Below are positions 50,077-61,497 of a DNA stretch of 64,000 nt, piece after piece. The stretch comes from Podarcis filfolensis (Eukaryota). The first letter of the stretch is position 1. Each line of letters begins with the position of its first letter. The notes under the pieces are model-generated. The model was not told where the DNA came from and ran no database searches. It saw only the letters and a list, made by a program, of their open reading frames with translations. The DNA is taken from assembly GCA_964270895.1 (NCBI GenBank), contig OZ185453.1. One strand, 5' to 3'. The translations under genes and the position numbers were made by a program.

Positions 50077-52192
50077 CACCGCATGTAGAAAATAGCACAT
50101 CATTAAAAAAAAAAAAGTTTATCAGAGCCCTCTATAATGCATACTGATTTACTCTGTGCAAGGAGAGAATGTCCTTTGTTTAACATGGGTCACTTTCGAG
50201 CTTGTGCCCTCCTCATTTCCACCTCATTCCAACATCTCATTCTGCACAATGTGTCATGTGGGCCTGAGCATTCATAGGCAACAGCCTGCTCCTGTCTTCA
50301 TACATCTGAAGAAAGCTGCTGTTGCCTATAGATGCTCATGCCATAGTGAAACAGTGGAAGCCACTTTCAATATTTTGGCTGCCGTGGGCTGCCTAGACTA
50401 TTTTCCCAGCAATATATTAGAATTAGAACTACATGAAGGATGCTCACAGACACAAAGGAGTGAGCTTTGGGAGGGGGGAAATGTCTCTCTTCAAAGTAAC
50501 ATCTTATTATCTCTCTAAATATGAATGTCTTACGATGTATTCAAAGGGTGGAATTGATTTTGTACACACCGTGCTGGTTTTGTCCTAGTAACTTCTAATC
50601 CTTTTGTTAGAAAGAGAGAGAGGGAGAGAGAACGTTAACAGCTGCCCTCTGCCTTTAACACTCAAGAACAGCGATTCCCCCTTCAGCTGATGGCCATGCT
50701 GCCTTTTAGAGCACAAACACTTCCCCAGCAAAGTATGATAATTTGTGAAGTTGGAAGACCAGCTTATTGATTCTCCTCCCACCCCGTCACATTAAAGAAC
50801 CAGGGAGAAGATAACAAGTGACCAAAGGGGAGGGAGGGAAATCACCAAAGAGAAGCAAGGAGACATCCTCTTGCGTGACATTTCCCTTTGAATATTGTCA
50901 GTTTCCATATAATCTTGCAAGCTATTATAGCATCTTCCTTGATGATTTTATGCAACAGGAGTGCCCTCTGCCTTTTAACATTGCAGTATGCACCTAATTA
51001 GTCCCCTAAGACATAACACCTTTTTGTTCTTCAAGAGAAGAGGTACAGTTCTGGATTTGATTTTGGTATTTATTTCTCTCTTTTTTAAGTGGACAGTTTC
51101 CCACAGGAATGTGCTGTCAATTATACTAGGATTGGTTCCCACTGTGTCGTCTTGTAGCACAGTATATAGAACGGTTCGTTATAGATTTAATATCTTGGAA
51201 GGACCCTTGCCTTCAGGTGGGCAGTTGTGTAAGTGGAGTCGGATGATCAGATTCCAAAATTAATTTGCATTTTCTGGGAACTGAATTCCTGGGTGCCTCC
51301 AGTTAAAATCAACAGACGGGTTTAATAATATATCCAAAGAATTAATTCGTGTATAGCTACTACTATGTTCAAAGGTGTTATTGCATTAATTAACACTTAA
51401 TAATTAATACCTTGCACCAGCAAATCTGTAGGGATCTGAGTTACTCTGTTTCGTTCAAGAAAACACCTTTCTTCTAGCCAACATCATATTAAGTATGCTA
51501 CAGAATTGCAGTCTCCTAGGCATCCTGTCTGCAAAGCAGTTATGCAGGATAAGTGTTTGAGATGTACAGCAAAGAGATAAACAAATTATGGACGCTACTG
51601 AACCTATTTCCGAAAGAAAAGTGAGCCTCCTAGCTGTATGTCAGATGGTGCAGGGAAGGAATGCCTCTGAGAAAATTGTCTCCAAAAAAATAAAAAAAGA
51701 GGGCGAGAGAGAGAATTTTGTAAAAATGTTGATGGTTGTGTGTACCTTGCCCCCACCCACAAAAAAGAGAGGATATTTTGATTTTTCTTCAAAGAAGCCC
51801 ACAGTCTCCAATTTTTTTGCTTCTGTTTTTGTTTTTTTAAGACATGCTTCTGTGCTAGGATTTTGTATATATAGCTTTGCACACGCGTCACACTGTGCAT
51901 TTATCATAAAAAGGTGATGCGCACCACATGGTGCATGGAGTTATTATCCCACTCTTCTATGGAAATGCATTGTAGAACTCCCACCCCCTTCTCTCCCGAA
52001 TTAAAGCAGCACCCACGAGAGCTCTGAAAGATGTATGGCTAGAACAAAGGGAAGCGAATCTAGGGCACTGCCATGAAAGACTCTGCGGGCTGGGTTTCTC
52101 CTGCAGCCGGCAACAGTGCAAAGCATTAAACATTTACACGTCTGCTTGTTATCAAAATTGCTTATCTTGTACTTTTTAAATAATACCTCGTT

Positions 52193-52194
<2 letters not shown>

Positions 52195-52241
<47 letters not shown>
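52195..52241. repeat. (TA)n microsatellite
   Basis: Seen directly. Confidence 0.95.
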
Positions 52242-52242
<1 letters not shown>

Positions 52243-52474
52243 CAGAATGTGATCTTTTCTTAGCAGGCAAGAAAATTCACGAAGAAATGTTCGCAGCCTA
52301 ACCTAATCTTGCAGTTTATACAAGAAGGAGTCTATATGGGTGGAATAGGGGATCAGTCAAAAGCAAGAAGAAGAAGAAAGCAGTTTTCAGGACAGAATTG
52401 TTACATTCGGCTGTTTCCTTCCTCTGTCTGGATCAGATTGGCTTGTGTTTTTCTAAACAATTAATTGAATGTGG

Positions 52475-52517
52475 CTGGGGAAACCCAGCCAGATGGGTGG
52501 GGTATAAATAAATAAAT

Positions 52518-52549
<32 letters not shown>

Positions 52550-52563
52550 TTCTTCTTCTTCTT
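52475..52563 (+). mobile_element. L2 extreme 3' end with (CTT)n tail
   Basis: gtggctggggaaacccagccagatgggtggggtataaataaataaat + (CTT)n is the reverse complement of the end of the 22859 element. Confidence 0.75.
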
Positions 52564-53018
52564 CAGCTTTTATGTGAAACAAGGGGTTATGCCATTTCAT
52601 ACTTTGCATACAAAAAATTGCAGGCCGAGCCTTACCATAAATCAGTTGAAACAGTCATTTCAGATACCAGATATAGAGGCCTCATCTTCTATTTTCTTGC
52701 CTCAAACCGATGGCCCATGGGCCACATTTGGCCAACTAAGAGGATTTTTGTAACCCCTGCTAAAACTCATCCAAATATTAATCATTTAAAATGACTTCTC
52801 CCTTGGGTTCTCCACTGTGATGCCAGGATTTCAACAGGTTTTTTTTTCCTTTGCCTCTCAGGCCCCCCAATTTTAATATTTCAAAAATAAAACTTTTTAT
52901 TTTTAAGTTACTGGATGCTCCCATAGATAACCCACTGTGATATTATGATGCTGAAAAGCTTACTGACCCCCTCAAGCCTCTCTTCCAAATTGTCCACTAA
53001 CAACATCAACAATTTACT

Positions 53019-53645
53019 TGTGGGATGTAATCCATTGGTGCAGTCAAATGCAACATTCCTTATTTCCCTAGAGTGGGCACAAGCAGAGGGACATCCAGTC
53101 AGTGTAACTTCCTGTTCCACTGGTCTGGAGCATCCTCCCCCTGCATGTGACCTGGGAGATGGGCGTGGCTGACTCCATAAAAGAACCAAGTCATGCCATT
53201 TTCTCAGTCGTCTTATTCTCTCTCTCTCTTGTTGTTGTTCTTTTGCTGCCATGCTGCTCCCCTGCAGCCATTTTGTTATCTAAACGTAATTTTGCTGTCT
53301 GCTGGTTCTCAGCCAGCAGCACATGAGTTCAGTCTCCCTATGAGATGAACTCACAGTTTCTTTGTGTCACTGTTAAATAAAGCCTGCCTTTCAGGGATCA
53401 TATCGTGAACTGAAATGCGAGTAAACTTTTTGTTACTTTATTCAGAAAGACTCTTGTGTATTCTTTTAAGAGGGATCAAAGGGAACACCAGGAAATAATC
53501 TTAACTAAGAGAGTCAAACGAATCTGCAAACTGGCTTCCAGCGATAGTAGGAGAATCTGCTCTGCTGTATCACTTATTAGCGTGAGTGAAGGAAGGATAA
53601 TACTTATTCAATATATCCTTTTGTACTATCCTTAACTTTTCCACA
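53019..53645 (+). mobile_element. Solo LTR, 627 bp
   Basis: Termini TGTGG...CCACA; perfect 5-bp TSD ttact at 53014-53018 and 53646-53650. Internal order is GC box gggcgtggc (53161), TATA-like cataaaag (53176) and AATAAA (53376), as expected for U3-R-U5. Confidence 0.75.
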
Positions 53646-54019
53646 TTACTGACCCATAACTGCTGTGATTGTATGACACTGAAAGGCACTGTAACTCCAC
53701 CAGCCTCAACTCTCCCCAAAATCTCTTTCAAAAAAATAAAATTAACCACACCCACTATGACATGAAGAAGTCAGAGGGTTGACTCTGGGTTGATATGGCT
53801 CTCAGTCTGAAAAATGTTATCCATGACTGCACTCACCTCTCTGCCTGTATGCCATTAGCTTTTTACTCTTTTCAAAGTCCCGAAATGGCTGTCACAGTTC
53901 ATTGTTAGGTGATACATTCTAAGGCCAAAATACACAAGGAATTAAGGTGTTGAAAGTTGTCTTTGGTGTGTGAATTGCTAACACATTTTTTGGCTGCAAA
54001 CAGATTCAGATTCTCTCCC

Positions 54020-54620
54020 TACCATGTTCTTCTGGATGCTTGGTAATGCTATTTTTAATCATGCTTTCCACTAGCTTTCCTGGAACAGATGTGAAGCTAG
54101 CCAACCTGTGATTTCCTGGATCTTCTCCAGATCACTTTTTAAAAAATGTTATTACATTGATGAACTTTCTAATCCTCAGGTATGGCAACTGATTTTAGGG
54201 ACAAATTCCACATTGTTGTCAGAAGGTCAGCAATTTCTCCTTTGATTTCTTAAAAAAAAAGTAATTTGCAAAACTGAGATCATGCCTCTTGCCTCTATTT
54301 GCTTCAATTCTTCAAATTCCCTTCCTGGATAGTTGGTTTAGGCACTAGGTCTAGACCAGTGGTTCCCAACCTTTTTTTGGCCACCTAAGCTTCTCTAATA
54401 TCCTGATGCCTCTCCCCTGTGACATATAATTCTTATTATTAAAAAAGTGAATTCCTATTCACATGGAGGAAGCCTAAAACTTGGTCTAATTCATTCTCAA
54501 ATTGCCCCCCATAAAAATCAAATTGCTCCCCTGTGGGTCATGTTGGGTCCCATGTTGGGAACCACGGATATAGACAAATGCAAAAGACTCTTCGTTATTC
54601 ATGCTGAAATCTGATTGTGA
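54020..54620 (-). mobile_element. Degenerate CR1 LINE RT-region fragment (interrupted by a MITE)
   Basis: The minus strand reads EIADLLTTMWNLSLKSVAIPED*K.../...GEDPGNHRLASFTSVPGKLVESMI, the CR1 PEDWK...NYRPVSLTSVPGK motif with stops and frameshifts. Confidence 0.65.
54357..54567. mobile_element. hAT MITE, ~211 bp
   Basis: TIRs cagtggttcccaac / gttgggaaccacgg; degenerate TSD gtctagac / atatagac. Confidence 0.7.
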
Positions 54621-54708
54621 ACTTTTCCTTAAGGAATTAGAATTCACCCTTCATTTGGAGGAAGTTTGCTTTATTTATTTCACAATATTTATACCCCACT
54701 TGATTGTA

Positions 54709-55311
54709 CACCCTTGTGCAAATTAATTGAAACAAAGCATGTTTTCTATCTTACCTGTAATCCTGTACTCAAAACAAACATGAGAAGTCAGTTCATCATT
54801 ATGGTGTCCAAAGCCTGCAGCTAATAGAAGGAATGATGCACTCACCACAATATATAGAGGTTCTACGAAAGAGAGTTATTCCAGAGCTGGAAAAGAGGTA
54901 TCCTGACAATACTGGGGTATTGCAGCAGGACCTAGCCCCCTGTCATACATCAGAAGTGGTGAAGAAATTCATGACAGAGCAGCAAATATAGGTACTTGAT
55001 TGGCCAGGGAATTCCCCATATGTAAATCCCATTGAGGATTTGTGGACTATATGCAAAAGTCACCTCCGTGCTGTAGACTGTACGACTATGGAGTAGCTCA
55101 TTCAGGCCCTGATTCAAGTGTGGTACAGGGATCCGAAAACCAACAGTGACTATTCGAGACTAGTAGACTCCATGCCAAACCGTGTTCAAATGCTGCTTAA
55201 AAATAGTGGATGTCATATCCATTACTAATATACATATATGTGAGTTTTGTGCATGTATTTGTGAGTTTTGTACAATAAACTACATTGTTTCAATTAATTT
55301 GCACAAGGGTA
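54709..55311 (+). mobile_element. Tc1-family transposon, internal-deletion derivative (603 bp)
   Basis: TIRs of ~26 bp, cacccttgtgcaaattaattgaaaca / tgtttcaattaatttgcacaagggta; TA TSD at 54707-54708 and 55312-55313. Confidence 0.9.
54797..55228 (+). pseudogene. Tc1 DD34E transposase C-terminal fragment with two in-frame stops
   Basis: Translates ...VLQQDLAPCHTSEVVKKFMTEQQI*VLDWPGNSPYVNPIEDLW...SMPNRVQMLLKNSGCHIHY*. There are 34 residues between the second D and the E. Confidence 0.88.
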
Positions 55312-56928
55312 TAACAAAGCCTCAAAGGGAGTTACGGAAAGAATAAAACAACAAAAATTACCAGTAAAAACACAACTATTTAAAAACATGTGTCCAGCTG
55401 GTTTCGTGACCTAGAGCTTCCCAGAATACCAAGGTGCCACGTGGGCTTCACAGCATGAGAGAGGGGACATAGGAGTGATTGTGTAAACCACCCATTTCAT
55501 CTTTCTGCTCCATAGTGAGACCTGGGTTGAATCAGGATTGCCAGCTTTCTCTGCTGGAAAATCCCCCAGACTGTTCACACCAGTTTCCATCAGTCTCTGA
55601 GGGAAGACCACCCACCTTTACAGGGAATATTGCCACTGCCAGTCCAAACTTAACTACATAATATTCCAACCATGACAATGGGGCACCCCCCCATCCTCAG
55701 TCCACGCTTTGTTGACATGGATGTTTTTACCAGTGATCCATATTCTTTGGGATTTCAAATTTTGTTACATGGCAAAAATTTTATTTATTAGTACAAAATG
55801 GATACCATTCAGACCACTCCAGTAGCTTCATTTATACTGCAGACAGACAGCACAGATACTCACAACTGCTTCTATGTGACTGGACAATGCATGCAGCCTG
55901 AGTGTTTGACTGTTCTGGCTTCCATTTCGAAACTCACCGTGAGCAAAGGCATTTCAGCAGCCTGTGTGTATGATCCATAACCTACAAACTGTTCCCTAGA
56001 TGCAGATTCAAAGATAAAATATTTTCTTCTCCTCTGGAAATTCTTCTCTCACCTGCCTCTAGAAAGCTGGAAGAGTAACAATATGACCTCAGCACTCTAA
56101 ATCTGCCTCAACTTCCCATGGTATTCCTGGGCTCCACCAGTGACTGCTTCATTTCTTCAGGTGGGTCAGTGAACCAATAATTGATTTCCCTCCATATCCT
56201 AACCTTGATCAAAACATTGGGTTTTCTATTTAGTGCTTTCTCGGGGCACCTCAGACTAGCTGTGTGATCTTATCAGCTTCTGTTGTCACTGAAACTCGAG
56301 TTTCTACAATAAGGAAAAGAAGTTGTTTGTGGAATCTCTTTCAGGAGGGACAAACTGATCTATTGCCAGTCCATGTCACCTTTGTACGTTCTTAGTCATG
56401 GGTTTAGTACATCCTGTGTTCACGCATTTTAAAATCTGCAGTTAAATACTTATTTTAAATCATGATTAATTATTGCAAAAATAAAAATAAAAATGCCTAT
56501 TTCAAAGTGTATTTTGGGAGATATATTCTTCACCAGAGGACTGTGTTTGAATATTCAGGAAGTGCAAAATTAATTGGATAACTTTTCAGAGCCACACAGT
56601 TGCACTGCAGATAAGATCGGTTTATATCGGAATTTGAAATTTCTCAACAATCTCTAGATATTTGACAGCATTTCAAAATCCCATTGGGATTTTCAATGAC
56701 AGTTGCCTAATAACATTTACACACACTCACAGAGAGCACATAGCCATTGACTTGAAAGAGACTCTTATGTGCTTCATGGGCACAATCTGCAGGATGCTTA
56801 CCTAAGCAGGCCCTTTGAAATGGACAGGAGCAGGGCAAAAGCTCAAGATGGAGAAACCCAACTATCACAGGATATTCAGCCATGCACAAGAGGCAATGGC
56901 TTATCCGACATTACAGATAATGTTCTCT

Positions 56929-58618
56929 TTTTTTTTTTTTAAATAATATTTATTGAAGTTTCCAAAATACAGAAAGAGAAGAAAAGAAATTATGAAGATA
57001 CATTCAGAACCTTATTTTCAAACATCCACTTTCTGGGACTCCCCCCTTCCCCCACCCCTACTGTATTCCCCTTTCATATTGTTGTTTCCACAAGTTCTAT
57101 TTCTGATTTAAAGCACAATTTATATACCCCATTGTTCAAATTTAAATTTATACAAACCTTATGCAACACCCTTGATAAAAAAAAAGCAAAAGATCTCTCC
57201 CCATAGCCCACCCCCTTTTCTTTCCACAATGTCCCCCTTTTTTCCCATTAAAGTAAAAGCACACAGAATAAAAGTATAAAAAAAATAAAAAATATATTAG
57301 AAAAAAGAAAACCAATTCAGAAAATAGTTGCAAGCCTTTGGATTCTAATTCTCCCTCCCCTTCCCCGGTTTAATTTCCCTTATCCTCCAATCTATGTTTC
57401 CAGCCTGGAAATCTTAAGTCCATCAATCCCATTTTTCCCCCAACTCCTTGCAGAATTATTTCCCATTTCTAGGATTACTTTCTTTAAAAATTAATTCCTA
57501 AATCTTTAAAAATGTCAAATTATAAAATTCCCCCCATTGTTCTTTCAAGGTTATAGTCCAGCTTCCTCTTGTTCCGCTGCTAAAACTTTCTTATTCCGAA
57601 GTTTAGTAACTCTACATGGGTTGTTGTTATTCAGGAACAAAAACTTGCGTTCAGTCCCTTCCTTCTTCAGTAAGGTATTCTGTTGTCTCCTTTTAGTCTA
57701 AACACCCTGTAGACAAGATTCAGTTTCCGTTTTGCAGCTTTCCCAGGAGATAACCAGTTCTGTGAAATTCCGGAGTGTTGTATTTTTCCCGGCTTACGCC
57801 CATCTTTGTAATGTCCCGAAACTCCTCTAGGGGGGTTGTTGTAACTTTGTTTCCAAAAATCCGATTGTTCTCCGTATTTTCGCCATTTTGTATTCAAGTC
57901 TTAACAAATTATATCAAGTTGTAACAAATTTGACCAGCAAGGTCCTTGTAATAAAATCCTCTTTAATATTCCGACTTTGACAGCTACTTTGACAGCTGTC
58001 AAAATCACCGGCTCTTCTCACCAGGCTCACTCCTCAATCGCCCCGGTTCCCAGGGAGGGGGGTGCATTTTCCTTCTCCTTCAATTCTTCCTCCAGCACAA
58101 TTCTTGTACTTTCCCATCATGGAATTCTTAATTTAGCAAAGATACCGTTCTTTTTGGGCCTTGGCTTCCCAATCCTTGTTTTAAAATGTCTACAATAGGG
58201 AGGGGGACTGACTTCCTTTTTAGATCCCCCCCCGCTCGTCTCAAATCCCAAAAATTTTTCTTCTTTTAAACCCGATTTCCAATTTACTCACGGGTTGTTG
58301 TTAAAAGTCCAAATTCTCAATGGAAGAAGTCAGCGCTCTCCGCCGGATGGCATGCGGCTTCGCTCGGCAGGGATGGCAGAGGACTCAAAGCACCACGCTT
58401 CTCCCCGGCACCCGATCCGTAGCCTTTAAAAAGGCTCCTTCACGAGTCGGGAGGGCGCTAGCGGTGCTAGCCGAGTCTCCAAGTCCACGGCCCCCGTGGC
58501 CGTGGTTTCTAAGGGTCCCCGCATCGCCGGTGCGGTAAAACCCAGCCCCTGCCGAGCCGGCTCCCTCCGGAGCTCGGAGGGAGTCCGCCATTCGGCGATG
58601 GCGCCAACCCGGAAGTCC
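56929..58618 (-). mobile_element. Full-length 1.69-kb non-autonomous L1-like retroposon
   Basis: 17-bp TSD tacagataatgttctct at 56912-56928 and 58619-58635. AATAAA plus a poly(A) tail (T-run from 56929). CpG-rich 5' end GGACTTCCGGGTTGGCGCCATCGCCG. No long ORF (longest listed are 68-76 aa). Confidence 0.8.
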
Positions 58619-59055
58619 TACAGATAATGTTCTCTATTAGAGATGCATATAAGCACAATGGCTGAAAATCCAAATCTCTGTTGTGAATTTCTGCCAGAAA
58701 GGAGCAGCCTTGCCCAAGGATCTGCTAGGTTCAAAGTTACTTCCTTCACATGGCTGCATTCCAAGGGTCACTGCTTGTCAGGAACTGACAGGCCGCCGTC
58801 TTAGGTTATCAGCAAGCAGTAGTTGTATTTTCAAGAAGATTTATTATACACAGTAATTAACCTCAGAGCCACTTTCACTAGCGACTGTATATCATGAGGA
58901 AGTTGAGGCATCTGAGCTCATATTATGTCGCAAACAGGAAACACAAAAACGCCCCCACCTCTTCTTCTTTGATTGACACCTTTCCTTATCTGTGAGCCCT
59001 TGGAGTCTCGGGATCATCTCCCACCCCTTCCTCTGATGAAGAGTTCCCCCTCCCC

Positions 59056-59371
59056 CGGGGCCAGATTTACGTATAAACTAAACGATCTATAGCTTGGGGC
59101 CCCACTCTCTTGCCCCCCCCAAAAAACAAAAAAACACACCTGGATGTACATTTCCAAAATATAAGGTAAGTTCAACAATTGCTTTGATAAAATACATATT
59201 TTGTTATGTGCAAATGGCTTTAGATACATATTAGGTCCATAAATTACCATATAGCATATATTTAACACAAAAAACAGCGACAATTTGTTGTTGACAAAGG
59301 ACAGCTAGACATATAAAGGGCCGCATTACCTTCAGTTGCTTAGGACCTCCTCAAACCAAAATCTGGCCCTC
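59056..59371. mobile_element. hAT (Tip100-like) non-autonomous element, ~316 bp
   Basis: TIRs cggggccagattt / aaatctggccctc; 8-bp TSD ccctcccc at 59048-59055 and 59372-59379 (low-complexity). Confidence 0.65.
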
Positions 59372-59649
59372 CCCTCCCCTGTGAGGTGACTAACGGCTGT
59401 TCCACAGAGACTTGGCCTCCATCCAGCTCTCACTGTACTGATAAGGTTCAGTCTCTACTCCTTTGGCTGGCTGAGAAAAAGGCAAGTCTCTTTCTTCTTC
59501 TTCTGAATGACTGCCGCCCACTCATCCTGCTCGTCTTGACTGTGGGACGGCATGCCCACGACACTGCTGCTACTCCACCTTGGGCAATCTATCCCTCGTA
59601 TTTACATTAATCAAAATGACGAAATAGGAAATGATAGAAGTGTAAAAAT

Positions 59650-60063
59650 ATTATGCCTGGTCTAGAGAAAGACCATACAGAGAAGTTTCTCTCTATCTCA
59701 CATAATGCCCTGGCCATTCAGTGAAGCTGAATGTTCTGGGCAGACAAAAGAATACTTTTTTACACAGTGTATAGTTGACTTATGGAATTCACTCACACAA
59801 GATAAAGTGAAGACAGCCAACTTGGATTGCCATTAGACAAATTCATGAATGGTTGCTAGTCCTGGTAGTTATACTTCTGCTATCACTGTTGGAGACAGTA
59901 TGTTTCTGAATACCAGTTGTGGGGAATCACAAGTGACAGGTGCAGTGTCACATTCTGATCCTGCCTTGGGCTTCCCGTAGGCATCTGGTTGGCCACTGTA
60001 AGAACAGAATACTGTACTAGATGGGTCTTTGGCCTGATCCAGCAGAGTTCTTCTTATGTTCTA
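59650..60063 (+). mobile_element. Degenerate CR1 LINE 3' fragment
   Basis: ttatggaattcactc...attagacaaattcatg ORF-end motifs; 3' end ggcatctggttggccactg...ggcctgatccagcagagttcttcttatgttcta. Confidence 0.7.
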
Positions 60064-61277
60064 ATGCTCTCAAATAATTCCCACTCTTTTGTATTATCAT
60101 GAGTTGTTTCACACCATTCTTGAAGATCACACTTTGCAATGTGACTTAAGGAGTGACTTCACTGCACTAATATCTTTTACGTTCTCAATTCACTTCTGCA
60201 TAATCTGATTTTTATACACTGTGCATAAATTATAGGCACTTCATCAACGTCTCATTATTTTCTCTCCTTAACAATTCAATGACAGTGATTAATTTCTGAA
60301 GATCCGTAAACAAAAACCTAGCTTGGGAAGGGCATTAAAGCTGAGCCAGAATGTTTAGCACAGCCTGCAAGGAACGAAGACGCATATTAAGCATGGATGA
60401 AAGCAAATCATAGGACACACAGGCATACTTACAACTGATTCACACATTGTGAGTGCCAGACACAAGAACTCCCCTGGGAGCGATTCCCATGATTGGATAT
60501 GCATGGCTATAATGTGCATGAATGACTCACACAGAGAGTGTGTTCTCTGATGTTCTTCTGAATTACCAATATGATTCTGAAGGGTTGCTGTTCATGGGAT
60601 TGTTAGCTGAACTGCATTTATGTCTTGACTGCCATTAGGATGACTGTATATATAGGCAAGTAATAAGGATAAGGGGTCCAGAGGAGGAAGGATATCAACT
60701 TTGTGGTATCCGTAACACATAACTAAGCTTCAGTTATCTTCTAAAGGATATGATGAAGCTCAGAATTCAAAGATGATTGCATTTCCCAAATTCACAGTGA
60801 ACAGAGAGATTTGATTTAACTGCGTATATATAATGCTGAAATGGCAACCCTATAAAAGTTTAAAGGGGGGAAATTCAACCAAATGCACAGGGCTCCTGGA
60901 AGGCTTTATGGGCCACTTGATCCTTTTTAAGGCAGGTAATAAGATAGGCTTCTTTAGTGTGGGGGATTTTATCCACATCTACAAAATATGGTAACTGTCA
61001 AGGTAAAAAAAACACCAGGCCTGCAATTCAGTGAAGCACATAGCTAAGGGAATGTTCAGAATTGGTCCATAGTACTTCAAGGTGGGGGTTGGCAAAGTGG
61101 GGGGAGAATGCAACTGGGCATCATTTCAATGTCCTACATGTCCATAAAATCAAATAATTGATTATGGTCTTCGAGGAAAATCTCTATCTTTAGGGACTTC
61201 CCCAGTGTATCACACATATTTATCCTATTCAAATAATTCAGGGCAACTTTGACTTTGACATATCAATCATATCAATC

Positions 61278-61497
61278 AGCTGGATAGCTCAGTTGGTTTG
61301 AGCATGGCACTGATAATGCCAATGTTGCAGGTTTTATCCCACTTGCATACTGACTAGATGATCCTCAGGGTCATAGCTGTCAACTTTCCCCTTTTCTTGC
61401 GAGGAATCCTATTCGGAATAAGGGAATTTCCCTTAAAAAAAGGGAAACGTTGACAGCTATGCTCAGGGTCCCTTCCAACCCTATGATTCTATGATAT
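61278..61497 (+). mobile_element. tRNA(Ile)-like-headed SINE with CR1-type tail, interrupted by the 90-bp MITE
   Basis: Head gatagctcagttggtttgagcatggcactgataatgccaatgttgcagg; tail gactagatgatcctcagggt|MITE|cccttccaaccctatgattctatga. Confidence 0.7.
61372..61461. mobile_element. 90-bp MITE with perfect 13-bp TIRs and 8-bp TSD
   Basis: TIRs catagctgtcaac / gttgacagctatg; TSD ctcagggt at 61364-61371 and 61462-61469. Confidence 0.88.

Noticed and set aside
58300-58618. CpG island that could be a host gene promoter, with ORFs 58320-58538 (+) and 58385-58591 (-)
   Set aside because: It lies inside the TSD-bounded L1-like element. The ORFs reflect high GC content, and I recognise no protein.
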